DNA of 64,000 bases from the human T2T-CHM13v2.0 reference genome, Homo sapiens, in NCBI RefSeq assembly GCF_009914755.1, contig NC_060935.1. One strand, written 5' to 3'. The translations under genes and the position numbers were made by a program. Below the pieces are notes generated by a model. That model was not told where the DNA came from, did no database searches, and was given only the letters and a program-made list of their open reading frames with translations. Shown here one piece after another: positions 45,101 to 58,347 of the stretch. Every line of letters starts with the position of its first letter. Position 1 is the stretch's first letter.

Positions 45101-45405
<305 letters not shown>

Positions 45406-45409
45406 TCAG

Positions 45410-45800
45410 GGACAGTGCTAGGTGTTGGCCATTTAATTGTGAACAGAATGGACCCTGGCTCTGCTCTCAGAGAGATCCCTGTTAGAGGGGGAGACAGGCA
45501 GTGATAGCAATAACAGCATGGTAAGTGGTGGGGCACCTGGCCTGGGTCTTCGAGGACCCATGGTGGGGAGCCAGAAGCAGGGGGCACTGTGGGCAGAGGG
45601 AGCAGCAAGAGGCAACAGGAGGCTGGTCAGAGGTGAGAGGTGAGGCAGAGAGGCAGGGAGGCTGGAGTGGCAGGCTAGAGAGCTAGGCTTTATCCAGAGG
45701 ATGGTGGAGCCACCAGAGAGTGTAAGGCAGGGTATGGCATCAAGGGGCAACAGAGACACCACTGTACCCTGGGAAGGGGGGATTGGAGCCTGGGCCAGGG
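45410..45800 (-). mobile_element. L2 LINE fragment
   Basis: gtgctaggtgttgg...gtgaacaga...ggctttatccagagg..gagccaccagagagtgtaaggcagg. Confidence 0.6.
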
Positions 45801-46499
45801 CAGAGGCTTCATCCCCAGCATGCATTTTCAGAGCAAGTTTTCCCAGGGGCAATGAGAGAAGTTGAGAGAAGGAGGATGAAAAGGCCTGAATGAGCCAAAT
45901 ACCTCCTCAGGGCTGGAGAGACAGGAAGCCTCCTAATACATGGGAGAAGCTGAGGCTGGAACTTTGCCCTTCCCCTCCTGATCTGCTACTGCTAATGGAA
46001 CCCTCCTCCCGCCCCCATGGTTCCATTACCCACCTCCAGGGGACCATTACTGTGCCTGGGCCTTCACCATTAGCCTGCCTTGGCTGCTTGGTTCCAGGGA
46101 GACTCCCTCGATGCTATTCCAGCCTTTCAGATGGCCTGTTGTGTGACGCTGGCTGTGTCTCAATTTCCGGTTTGATCAATGGTTTTACATTACTTCAGCC
46201 ACAAAATCTTTCATGTGCTTGCAACAAATTCTTACCAGGAAATGTAAATAAATAAAAATACAAAAGCAAAGGTGCTCAAGTTGAAGTGGGATGGGAGTTC
46301 CCCAAGCAGCCCCAGGTAAGGGGGACTCTGTTGGGGGATTTGAAGCCTGCTGGGCTTGATGGCCTCTGAAACCCAGCGATGGGACTGCCTGGGGAGGATG
46401 TCAGGAGACGAAACTTCTAGGCCCTCATTGCATGGGATACTAACGCCTTGAGCCCAGACAGCTTGGGATGATGAATAAAACCATGAAAAAAGAATTTAA

Positions 46500-46863
<364 letters not shown>

Positions 46864-47714
46864 TCATAGGACAGGTGAGGTAAGACTGGAATCTAAACCC
46901 AAGGCTATGGGGTTCAAGGACTAGGCCCCTTCCTCTGCTCCTCAAGCCTCACTAAGTCACCTGTGTGGTAGCTGAAACGCTGTATGTCTCAGGAATGCAG
47001 TTTCCTCAGCTGTAAAGTAAGGGAATTGGGCCAGAGCAGGGGCAGAGCCCTGGGCAGGCCACCAACCAGATTTGCCCGCTGAAGGCTAAGGTCGAGCCTG
47101 GGTCCTCAACTTGGCGTCAAAGAAACTTGTTTCTCCTGGGCTAAATGGCAGTGACAGTATAAGGTTTGAAGTTTTGGAAGAGGGGAGAGAAAGAGAGGGT
47201 TGGCTGGAGTTCCAGTGCCCAAAGGGTCTTCCCCACACTGGAACCTGAAGGCCTAGGCCCTATAACTCGGGCTATGAGGATACTTAGGTCCCTGGAAGGT
47301 GCGTGGCCCAGCTTAGACAATAGGCGCAGGAGGCTAGACAAGGGGCCTTTGTGTCTCCCAAGCAAAGGCCCCAGCAGGACTGCAGAGGCGGCTCAGCCAC
47401 TATGGGCTGTGTGTCCACTCTGCTACTGCTCCTGGTGGGGCTGCAGCCAGCACCCTTCCTGGCAGCCAGGCCCAGTCAGCTGATATGGAGCCCAAGAGGG
47501 CCCAAGGCCCCGAAGGCCCGGGGCAAGTTCCTTGGCTACAGGAAGAGGCCTCCTCTGCACTTGTCCAGCCAGCGGAGCGATTGGCTCCATTTCACAGGAA
47601 AGAAGACCCTGCCAGGGAATGGAACTGGGTCAAGGTCTCCCAGAGTCAGTGCTGAAGCCAGACAGGAACCTACACTCCTGATTCCTAGACCAGAAATGAG
47701 AGAGAGGCGGGGTG

Positions 47715-47850
47715 CTCATTCATTCATCCATTCACACCTTCAAGGATTGAGCACCTCCCAGGACCTCTAGGACAGCAGCAGGAAGAAGGCAGACCTGGTT
47801 CCTGCCCTCGGGAGCTCACAGTCTCCGAACGGGTCAGACATGCAGCCGGT
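47715..47850 (-). mobile_element. L2 3' end
   Basis: cattcattcatccattca...attgagcacct...cctgccctcgggagctcacagtct. Confidence 0.75.
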
Positions 47851-48129
47851 AGCCCGACCAGGGAAGGCCATTAGAGTGGGGTTGACGACAGAGAAGAGAG
47901 GTAAAGCAGCTCAAGATAAGGGGCCAGAGTGGGGAGTTCAGGGAGCTGCTGATAAGATTAAGGCAGGGAAAGTGGGGAGCACGGGAGAGGCGGGATCCTG
48001 AGTACCCTGCTTTCCTAACCACGGTAATGGAGAGAGGCACCCCCTTCCCCCACTTTCAAGCAAGGGAGGTGCGTCCTTAGCCTGGGGTTCCGAGCAGGTA
48101 TCTCCCAGTAGGTCCCTTCCTGGCCAGCC

Positions 48130-49040
48130 GGGCTGGGGCAGGGGCGGGACAGGGGTAGGGTGGCGCGGTGGCTGGGCGCAAAGGTCCCGCAGTGGGCCAC
48201 GCAGGCACCGGGCTGACCTGGCAAAACTTTGGCGTCTCTGAAAACCTCTGGTAACCAGCTCCCTTCTAGCGTGAGGGAGCCGGGAGGCCTCCTTCTGGCC
48301 CGGCAGTGAGAGCGTCGCCGCCCGACCCTCCCGTTGCAGCACCGGTACAGACACGCTGACCCCGCGGCCTTGTCGCTGGGCGGCGTCCCGGAGCGGGTGG
48401 CGCGGTGTCTACCCGGGCGGGTTGAGGGCGGTGCCAGGGTCAGTCAAAAGTCCGCCCCGCCCCCTGCCTGGCCCGGCTTCGGGGTTGGGGAACAGCGCAG
48501 GGAGGTGGGTAGCCGGGCTCCCAGGCACGTGGGTCTCTGCGGCTGCGGCGGGACCCGGGCACTGGCACCCGGGAGCGGCGGCGACGGCACCCCGAGAGGA
48601 GAAGCGCAGCGCAGTGGCGAGAGGTGGGGTGGGGCGTCTGGAGGGAACAAGGCGCTGGGAGAGGCCCGGGGAAGCGGCGGGCCAGACTGGCGCAGGTGCG
48701 GACTGGGCGCGGGGCAGGGGAGGGCGCTGTGGAGCGGCTGTCGCCCCGGGGCACAGTTGCGAGCCGGCGTGTAGCGCATAACTGGACGGCTTGAACGCGC
48801 CTGTGGGTCCGTGGTTGAACTTTGTCTCCACGGGAGCGTCGGTCTCGGTGAGTGTGGACGGGCGCCCCAGTAGTGAGGCTGTGCGCGTCAGCGTACTGGG
48901 GAGGTCTGCGTGTTAGCGGGTGAGTGTGTGCGCCCCTCGGGGCGACTGGCCAAGCCTGCGGAACTTGTCTGTGTGTGCTCCGATGTGAGCGTCCCCGTGG
49001 CGTGAGGCGGTGGCCGGTGCCCAGAGACGCGAACCCCTGG
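48130..49040. promoter_or_regulatory. P2RY2: CpG island / TATA-less promoter of P2RY2
   Basis: Abrupt high CpG and GC density versus CpG-depleted flanks; GC boxes (GGGGCGGG 48141, CCGCCCCGCCCC ~48452, several GGGCGG); E-box CACGTG 48526-48531. Confidence 0.92.
48470..48623 (+). other. P2RY2: P2RY2 exon 1 (5' UTR, no ATG)
   Basis: Ends GGCGAGAG|gtgggg at 48623/48624; matches recalled mRNA; 5' boundary approximate. Confidence 0.85.
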
Positions 49041-49929
49041 AGACCCCCTACCACTGTCCTAACCCCAGGGTCACTCTGGGTGGCCACCTACCATTGGTAA
49101 TGTTGAGGGGGCAGTTGCAGGGAGTGGGCGGGGGAGGAGGGAGTGGCCAGAAAGGACAGTTAAGCCTCTGTCCCCGGGCTTTTAATCTGGCAAATGGTGC
49201 GGTAGAAAGGGTCAGTCAGGAGAAAGGCGATACCCCACCCCGCAACCCGAAGGCTGCCAGTGGCCCTCTTGGGGTCCTCCAGGAGCGCAGCCCAAGGGTT
49301 GGGGACTGCTGGAGACCAGAATTGCCAGCTCGGGATTTGTGGGGTCCATGGCTGCTGTTCCTCTCAGCATGGCATCCCCAGCTTCCCAGGACCACAGCCT
49401 GATCTGCCTGGTTTGTTTTGGATCTAAGCTGAAATAATTATGAGTTTTGAGGATCTGGGTGGAGACCCAGGCAAGTTTATTACCTGTGGGTGGAAGTGGA
49501 AGGAAGAAGATTCTCTGAGCAGACAGGTCCACAAGAGAGCTCTGGAGACTCAGAGATCTATGTTCCAATCCTGTCTTGGCCACTGTGTGGCCTGGGCAAG
49601 CCGTCCTTTCTCTGAGCCTCAGTGGCCTCGTCTGTAAGAAGGGACTAATGATAAGGAATTTGAGGGCTGTTGAGGAGCTGATGAGTGTGTCATGTTCAGC
49701 ACCAGTGTCCCCCCATGGGCAGGCTCACAGCTTGGGGATGGGAAGTCAGTCCCTGGAAGGAGCCTCCCAGAACCAGAATCCCAACTGTGCCCCTCCCTAG
49801 GGCACAAGCCTTCCACAGGACCAAGCCTGAACCCTGTAGCCTGGGACTTAAGGTATTTGATAACTGGGGCCTGCCAGCCTTTCCAGCCACCTCTCCCGCC
49901 TGACTCTTTACCTTGCAGCAGCTGCCTGG

Positions 49930-50260
49930 AGTCTCTCATTTCTTGCCCCTGACCTGTTGCATATTCTACACTCCCTCTCTGATAAGCCCTCCTACTCTCA
50001 CCTTCCTCAACTGGAGAACTACCCAGACTTGGGACCCAGCTCAGATGTCCTCTCCTCTGGAAAGCCTTCCTTGATCCCTACAGCTGGGTTGGAGCCTCTT
50101 CTAGGCCCCTACAGGCCTGGGGCTGACAGCCCTGGTCCCACCTGAACCGTCATGATCTATGTCTGTCTCCTCCTTTCCTCTTCCCAGGTCTAGGGGCTCC
50201 TGGAGGGCAGAAACTGGGTCTTATTATTTCTGTGTTGCCAGCACCCTGCACAGGGCTGAG
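49930..50260 (+). mobile_element. L2 fragment (P2RY2 intron 1)
   Basis: cagctcagatgtcctctcctctggaaagccttccttga...ctcctggagggcagaaactgggtctt. Confidence 0.7.
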
Positions 50261-52579
50261 CTGAACTGAGAGAGCAGCAGTGGCGCCCATCCCCTGTCTC
50301 TGGCACCAGCTTCTCCAGTAAAGGCCCGGCTGCAGGGGAGCTCCATGTCACTACAAAGAAGGGCAAACCAGAATCTGGTTATCAAAGTGGGTGGCACAGT
50401 TTGCCAGAACAGTGTGATCTGGGACACTGTAGGACCTAGAGTGCCCAGGCTAAAGACCTAGAGATTTTATCCTGAAGGCAATAGGGAGCCATGGAAATTT
50501 ATGAGCAGAGGTGTTTCATGGTCAGAGCGGCATTTCAGAAAGCGCTCTCTGGCTGCAGGATGGAGAATGGATCAAGTATTGCCAAGTGCAGGGAGGTCAG
50601 GGCATTTGTGATGTCAACACTAGAACTGTCCCAGGAGTTGTTTGAACCCTAATTGAGCCCTTGCCCCTTGGCCAAACACTTTTCCCTGAGCCTTCAGATG
50701 CTCCTGCTGAGGAATTTGGGGACCTGCAATTGATCTCATCCCAGCTCTGTTCCCAGCTGGTTGAATGACCAGTTCCTGCCCTGCCAGGCTCTAAAAGGAG
50801 GCCAGAACAAGTAAGATCCTGCATGGGAGAGTATGTGTGTGGGGAGGCTCTGGCACAAAAGGCTTGTCGCTCTTTCTCCTCTTCTCCCTGCCTTGGGCTG
50901 TCTTGGAGTCTGGTCAGAGGGGTTGGGGATCCCAGTGGGCAACCCTCAGAAATGACTACCAAGCTTGGGCTGTGGAGTGAGGCTGTGACTCCTCTGTTTC
51001 TGTCTCCCTCCTGCCCTGGATGCATGGGGCTCTAAGGCTGTGGATCCCCCAAGGACCAGCTAAGAAGGTGTGAGGGTATCACCAGGGCCTCATGAGTGAC
51101 CCCATGAGAGCTTTGACTTAATGGCTATAGTCTTTAGAGAGGCCATTGTCCCTCTCTAGGTGTCAGTTCTGCCATTTGTAAATTGAGAATGGTGATCCTT
51201 GCTTCTTTGAGAGCAGAGTTGCTACGAGGATTAAGATAGTGACCAGGGAAGAGCTTTATAAGCCTTAAACTGCAGTGCTCAGAGGAGGAATGTGACACTT
51301 GTAGACTTAAATCCATTTTGAAGACTATAAGAGAACATGGGTGCAATAGCAAGGGATTGTGCTTGTTATTGAAATTTGATTACTGAATGCCTTCCTCCCC
51401 CACCCCCTCTGCAGAGATGGCTTCACTAGTAACGATTTACAACAATCCATTTTGTCTTCCTATAGCCCTGTGAGGGAGGAATTGTATCTCCATTTTGCAG
51501 ATCAGGAAATAGAGGCATGGATTGTATCCTGCCCAGGGTCACCAAGCTGAGGTGAAACCTGGGGCTCCAGTCCACCTGCCAGCTTAGCCCTCCCCATCTG
51601 AGACAGAGCCCTGTTAGGGTTAGGCCTGGTCCTCTGGCTTCCAGGCTGAGGGGAGTTTGAATTCTGCCCTGGGAACCTGTGTTTGGGGCTTTCTTGTGGC
51701 CAGATTACCCAACTGCTGATAAGGTAACGCCTGCCCAGACCTGCCCACGGGACCAGAGATGCCTTGTTGATCTGGTGAGGGGAGTGGGGGTTGCCCCTCA
51801 TGCCTTCCACCCAAACCGCCTCTCCCCAAACTGCTTTCTGTAGGCCTGCTTGCTATACCCTCTGGGCCACACCTCCTCTTGGTTGTCCTTGGGTCCTGAG
51901 GCCTGGCCTTCCCTTATTACTGGGCCCTGATAGGAGGAGGCTGGCTGTGTGGGCCACTCTGACCTCTGTACTCATCCAGCGGCCAGTTGCAGGACTAGGC
52001 TAGGCCATACCTGCTTTCTCTCTCTGTCCCCATCAGCCACCACAGGTTGGGCTCAGAGCAGCTGCCAGTGGGTCTTTGGGAAATGAGTGGCCAGGCGGGA
52101 GTAGGCATGGAGTAGAAGGGGAGGCTTTGCTCCACGGAGTGCCATAGTTGGTTCTGGAGCAGAGGAGTTCCTCCACCCCATCACCCCATCTCCTAGGCCT
52201 GAGTCTTTCCTGGTCCAAGATGAGTAGCGGGAGTTTCTGGTAGGAGGGTGAGCAGCCTGGGCCCCGTGGAACAACTCCTTGACCCTCTGCCCTGGTACCT
52301 TGTCACTGTCATTGTAGCTCCTGAATGAGAGGCCTGGGTGCTGGAGCGAGGGAAAGGGACCTCCCTCAGACTTCTGGGGCTTTATGTGGCCTCTCCCTCC
52401 CCAGGTCTGAGGAGAGCCTCTGGGTGTCGACCTGGCTTCCTGGTGAGTGCCCAGCCACCCAGCCCTGGCTTGTAGGAGGGGGACTCTTGCCATGGCTGGG
52501 CTGTTGCAGGAAATCCAGGGCCAAGGGACCTGCTCCTCTCATGGCACCACCGTATGTGTCGTCTCCTCCTTGGTCTCCC

Positions 52580-53170
52580 TCCCTCCAGACTCCCTGTCCC
52601 ATCTACCTTCCATGTGGCACCATCTTTGTAAAGGTTGACTCTGACCATGTCCTTCCCCTCTTAAGCCTTCCATGGCTCCTCAGTGTCCTTAGAATAGAGG
52701 CCAAGCTTTTCAGCCTGGCATTTGAGCCTTTTCAAGTGAATTCCTCAGGCTCCCACACATTCCATGCCACCTCACCCTCCACAGTAGCCGTATAAGACCT
52801 CCCAGCCTTTTTCCAGCAGGTCACACTTTCATCCACCAAGTCTTTGCTCATGCCTCTCCTGCCTTCAGAGCCCTCCTCCCTCTTTGCCCACCTGACAAAC
52901 TCCTAATCATCTACCAGTTTCCAGCTCAGATGACCCCTCCTCTGCAGAAGCACTCCCTGACCACCTCCCCCAGGCCAGGTAGGAGTTGCTGTGTGCTCCA
53001 TAACCCCTGGGCTTGCCTTGGTTATGGTTTATTCACCCAAGTGGATTTGGTCCATGTCTGTGTCTTTTTCCTCAGCCTGACTGGGTACTCCTCAAGGGCC
53101 CAGCAGAGTGCAATCTGAGTCTGAGTTCACAAGGTCCATCTGAGGCCAGGTGCACCAGAGCATTGGCAAG
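52580..53170 (+). mobile_element. L2 fragment (intron 1)
   Basis: ctgaccatgtccttcccctcttaagccttccatggctcc...ccagctcagatgacccctcctctgcagaagc. Confidence 0.75.
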
Positions 53171-55999
53171 TGTTTGCTGGGACTTTGTGGTTCCTGGGAA
53201 TGTGATTTAAGATTTCATTACTCTGAATCCAGACCCCTGTGGCTCTGAGAATCTCAAAACCAAAGGCTATCAGGAGCAACGAGTAATAGAATTGAAGAAA
53301 CACAGCCTTCACACCCGGAACCAGAGCCTCTTGGAATTAGACTGCGAGAACCAGGGAACTCAGAATCCTGGAGGTACCTGGAGGGGCCATCTCAGAATCA
53401 GAGGCTCATGTGGTTCCTGGTTGATGCTTTCATCCCCCTTTCCACCTTGGATTCTCCATCCACCTTCTTTCCTCCCAAGCTGGACCCTTCCTGCTCCTCC
53501 TCAAATCTTATCACAGTTCCCCTTCCAGGGACCTTGCCTGACTGCTCTGACCATGACCTCTGTCCCTCTGCTGGGGACACCTGGGAGGGCCTCCCTACCA
53601 AGCAGTGTCATGGGCTCCTGAATTTCAGTGTCTCCCTGTTGTGACAGGCAGACACAGCCTCCACATTAGGACAGTTCATGATTTGCTAGCGCCAAGGTGC
53701 ACCCACCTGCCCCCTTGTCTTATTCCTCATGAGCTGTCCCATGCAGCAGTGATTCTCCCCATCTGACCACTGAAGAACCCGAGGCTCTGAGAAGGGGGGC
53801 TGACTTCACCAAGACTGCACAGCACAGGTGGCTCCAAGTTAGAGCCTGAACTCACGGTTCTTGCCTCTTGAAGCTGGAGGCATTTGGCTGTGATAGGTTG
53901 GGGTGGTGTCCAGGACGTTGTGGTTCTGAGCCTGTTTAATTTAGTAGCATGTCTCTGTAGCCCTGTTCTGGGCTATGCTGGGTTCCAGGTGAGATGGGTG
54001 GTTTGGGGTCCTGCTCTATGTTGGGGGTGAGGTGGTCAAACCCACACTGACAATAATTAGAACACTAGACCTTGAGTAAGGCCCTTCCTCTTTAGAGGTC
54101 TTGGCTTTCTGATCTGTAAGCCTGGTTGATCTGAGACTTACCCACTCTGATGCTGCTCTGAGCTCAGCCTTGGTGAGTGGCCTCCACAGCCAGGATCCTA
54201 GGGGGGTCCCAAAGAGGGAGAGAACATCTGGGAGGGGGTAGAGAGCCCAAGGGCCTCCTGAAGGGGGTGCCTAACACCACAACAGCACCGGCTGATAGCA
54301 TCTGAGGTTACCCCTTAGCCATTTCCTCAGACCGGCCCTGGTGCTCCCGGTGCAGAAGCATGTCAGGCAAGGCAGGGGGCCTGCTGGCTTTCAGCCCCTT
54401 GAAGGACATTGGGGAGGAGCCAGCGTGACTTCTAAGCTCCTCAGCCTGTGCACTCTAGCCTTGCCCTCTCCACTCCCCTCAAGCCACCAGGATGATGAGC
54501 AGTTCCTCAAACGTGTCATGTCATCTCTTGTTCATCCTCACTCTGCTCCTCTTCTCTCTCCAACCACCTGACTCCTCGTCTTCCAAAATGCAGGTCAGGC
54601 GCTCTCTCCTCCAGGAAGCCTTCCCTCATCACCCCTCCAATCCTGTTAGGGGCCTCCTTGGCTTCCTCCAGGCCTGATCACCCTGTGTTATCATCGCCTG
54701 TTTCTGAGTGTGCCTCCCCTGACGTTGACAGTGAATTCCTTGAGATCTGACCTACCTCAGAGTCCCCAGGTGCCCTGCCCAGCAGTGGGCATAGATGTGG
54801 CAACCTTTGTGAAGGGTGAGCGAGTGAAAGAGTATGGTGGCTATCTGGCTTCTGCTGGGGAATCCCTGGACTGCCTTCCCCCTGAGGATGGCCTTCAGTG
54901 TGGGAGACCTGATCTGTGGTTTTTCTGGTTGTGACCTTCCTGTATCCCCTTCCCATAATTCCTGCGAAGCTTCCTGCCCTTCTTGTCTTCCTGAGATAAC
55001 CCCACCCTCCATGCCTTCTTTACCTGCTGAAATATTCTCTCTTACTATTTCATAAAATAAGCCTAAATCATCTAACTAGCTCAACAACCTTCTGAGGCAG
55101 GTACTGTTCTGATATTGAGAGGAAATTGAGATCTGGGTTTTGGAGTTAAGAGACTTGTCTTACCACTGGAAAGAGGAGAACTCGGATTTCCCACCTGCCT
55201 AGTGCCTCTCTTGCCCCCTCAATGAGGTTCTGGCACTAGGTCCTCTGTTTTCCCTCACAGCACCCAACTCCTGGCAGAGATAGGCAGCAGGGGTCTCCAC
55301 AGTGGTGACAGCACATTCTCCCCTACCAGGCTAGACAGGGTCTGCCACCAGCCAGGGAGGCACATTCCAGAGCCACTCTAGTGGAGGGGCTGGAATGTCA
55401 TCCAACCACCCTGGAAATTCTGCAGTGGCCTGGGAGCTGCCCAGCTCCTCCTCCTGACTTTGGCCTCACTAGCCTAGAACCACAAAGAGAAAGGCCCAGA
55501 CTGGGGTAGGGGCAGAGCCAGGTCAGGGGGTTACAGGTCTGCATGCTAGGCTTGGCTCTGCCCTTGGCTCACTGGTGACCTTGGGTGAGACCTTGAGCTA
55601 CCCCTTTCTGGCCTTAGTTTTTCTACCTGTGAGATGGGTGCAATAACCACCCATCTGAAAAGAGTAAATCCTGAGCCCTGCCAATTGGCATTCCTCTGGC
55701 AGAGAACTGAGCAGACAGGCAGAGAGCTGTGGGGCCAAAAAGGGATGGTCAGGCAGCTTCCTTGGAGAGGGCCGGGGCCTTGCAGGGCAGGAGGTAGTGG
55801 TCAGGGGCACAGCCTCTGAAATCAGACAGCCCAGAGTGGCTATGCCGTTTGCTAGCTTTGTGAGCTATGAGGTTATTTAGCCTCTCTGAGTCTCAGGATT
55901 CAACGAGAGGAGGTATATGAAGCCACCTAACACAGAACTTGGCACAGGGACAGCACTAAACTCTTGTTGTGATATAGGTGTTAGATGATAAGGGAGGCC

Positions 56000-56550
56000 G
56001 TCTCTGAGCAATGATATGACCATGGGACTGCTTTTGTTGTGCCTGAGACAGGAAGATGAGGGCAGGGACAGAGAGGATGGGCTTTCTGGAGGGATGGTGG
56101 GTACCAGATCAGCCAGGGCCTGAGTGCCAGGCTGAGGAGCTGGGACAGTTGCCTGAGGGCACTAGGGAGCCACAAACATGGCTCAACAATATATGGTAGG
56201 ATTCGTGTTTCAGGAAACTACATGACTGCAGTGTGAAAGGTGGACAGACGGGGCAGGGGTGGAGGCACGGAGGCCAGTGAGGAGGCTGCTGCTGTGGACT
56301 GTGGAAGCACAGGCCTCGGGCTGCAGTGTGGGGACCGCGTAGTGCATGTCCGAGGAATTTCACTGGTTGAACTAACAGGACTTGGTGAGTGGTGGGCTTC
56401 CAGCAGGGTGGGGAAGAGGGAGGTTGTCCAGGCTGTATCAGAGGTTTGAAACCTAGAAGGATGGTGGGGGCCCTTCTCAGAAATGAGAACCACTTGTGGA
56501 AAGTGATATTCTCCATTTTAGCCTGTTGAGTCAAGGCATTTTCTAAGGAG
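56000..56550 (-). mobile_element. L2 fragment (intron 1)
   Basis: gagggcactagggagccac...gactgcagtgtgaaaggtggac...gaggccagtgaggaggctgctgc. Confidence 0.75.
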
Positions 56551-57154
56551 GAGGAGACAGGGTGTGCACCTGGGTGCAGCAGGGTGAAAAGGCTGACCAT
56601 CCCTCACCTTGTCATAGTCTCTAGAGTAGATCAGTGGGGAGCTACCAGCCCACCGGCCTTGTCAATCTGAGACCACCAGGCAAGGTGCACTTAGTAAGCA
56701 GTGGCCCAGAGGCATTTCCCATGTGCACCCACGCCCCCCGTACCCAAGCTATTCCTGCAGTGCCCCCATCTCCTCTCCCACATCCCCCCAGCCTTGTACT
56801 GCACTTCCAGCTTGGGAACCTGGGCTCAGCTGTCGCAGGCCCACTCCTCCATCCTAGGCAAATGAAGATGGAAAAAGAAAAACTCAGGAGGTGCATGTTC
56901 TATTTCTCCTGTGAGGTACCTGAGGTGCTGGTGGAGGGTGGGACCTGCCCACACAGAAGGTCCCCTCCACCAGGCAACTGTCCCCTCCCTGAAACCCTGT
57001 GCTTGGTGTGCACAAGGGGCTCCAAGGTGAGACAAAAACCATGGCCAGAATTCGGGAGGGCTGGGCTCTAGTCTTGGCTCTGTCCCTGACTTACTGTGAG
57101 GCTTGGGCCTCAGTTTCCTCCTCTGTGAAACAGGGTTTGACACAGGAGATTTCT

Positions 57155-57527
57155 TTTTTTTCTATATATATATACTTTAAGTTCTGGGTTACATGTTCAG
57201 AACGTACAGTTTTGTTACACAGGTATACACATGCCCTGGTGGTTTGCTGCACCCATCAACCCATCACCTACATTAGGTATTTCTCCTAATGTTATCCCTC
57301 CCCTAGCCCCACAACCCCAACAGGCCCTGGTGTATGATGTTCCCCTCCCTGTGTCCATGTGTTCTCATTGTTCAACTCCCACTTATAAGTGAGAACATGC
57401 GGTGTTTAGTTTTCTTATCTTGTGATAGTTTGCTGAGAATGATGGTTTCCAGCTTCATCCATGTCCCTGCAAAGGGCAGGAACTCATCCTTTTTTATGAC
57501 TGCAAGTATTCCACGTTGTATATGTGG
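57155..57527 (-). mobile_element. 5'-truncated primate L1 (L1PA7/8-like) 3' end
   Basis: atactttaagttctggg...tctcattgttcaactcccactta..agtgagaacatgcggtg; perfect 14-bp TSD CACAGGAGATTTCT (57141-57154 and 57528-57541). Confidence 0.95.
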
Positions 57528-57572
57528 CACAGGAGATTTCTAAATGCCATTTTAGGCCCTGATGGTCTAGAC

Positions 57573-57594
57573 TGTGTGTGTGTGTGTGTGTGTG
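57573..57594 (+). repeat. (TG)11 microsatellite followed by a degenerate TG-rich tract
   Basis: Direct reading. Confidence 0.95.
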
Positions 57595-58245
57595 CATCCG
57601 TTTGCGTCCACTGCATGTACACCTTAGTGTGACTCTGCATGCCTCTGTGTATCCGTGTGTCTTGGTGTGTCTGTGCCAGTGTGTGTTCAGGTGTGGCATA
57701 TGTGTGTTTATAACACCTAACGAGGAATGCTTAGAGGTAGGAGTGGGGAGGAGGGGGTCTCTAGATAGAAACCTAGCTTGGGCAAAATTGTATTGGCAGA
57801 AGGGCAAAAGTGTGTTGGCAGAAGGACAATAGAATGCACACTGGGCAAAGAGGGTATTGACTTTTCCTGCTATGGGGCCAAAGCACAGAACCAGGACCGA
57901 GGGAAGGGACACTGGAGGCTTGGAGGCTTGGCTCAGCTGTACAGGACATTGGGGAGACCTTCCTCCAGGCAGGGCCACCCCTCTGTGAAAGGCGGCCTGG
58001 GGAAGGGGGTTGTGGATAACCCATTCCTGGAATGCATGAGCTGGGGTTTGGGTGTACAGAAGGCACTCAGACCAGGACAAACACCAGGCCACCTCTCTGC
58101 CTCCTTCTGGTTAAGGTTACCACAAAGGAGGTGGCCCTGGGGGGGATTGACCTGGGTAGGTTTCCATGACCCTGAGACCGCACTTTCTCTACCTCCCTCT
58201 GTCTGCAGGAGCCCCTTGTGGCAGCAGCACTACCTGCCCAGAAAA

Positions 58246-58347
58246 ATGCTGGAGGCTGGGCGTGGCCCCAGGCCTGGGGACCTGTTTTTCCTGTTTCCCG
58301 CAGAGTTCCCTGCAGCCCGGTCCAGGTCCAGGCGTGTGCATTCATGA
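58246..58347 (+). CDS. uORF1 in P2RY2 5' UTR, 33 aa (MLEAGRGPRPGDLFFLFPAEFPAARSRSRRVHS)
   Basis: ATG at 58246 (gaaaaATGc, A at -3), TGA at 58345-58347, entirely inside exon 2; translation not demonstrated. Confidence 0.5.
   Translation: MLEAGRGPRPGDLFFLFPAEFPAARSRSRRVHS

Noticed and set aside
48334-49087. Several overlapping 110-215 aa ORFs on both strands
   Set aside because: Expected stop-codon scarcity in a GC-rich CpG island; Ala/Gly/Pro/Arg low complexity; no recognisable domain
57778-58347. 189-aa + ORF in the track
   Set aside because: Starts at TTG in intron 1 and runs through the acceptor; only its last 33 codons (uORF1) are exonic. It is not the P2RY2 protein.
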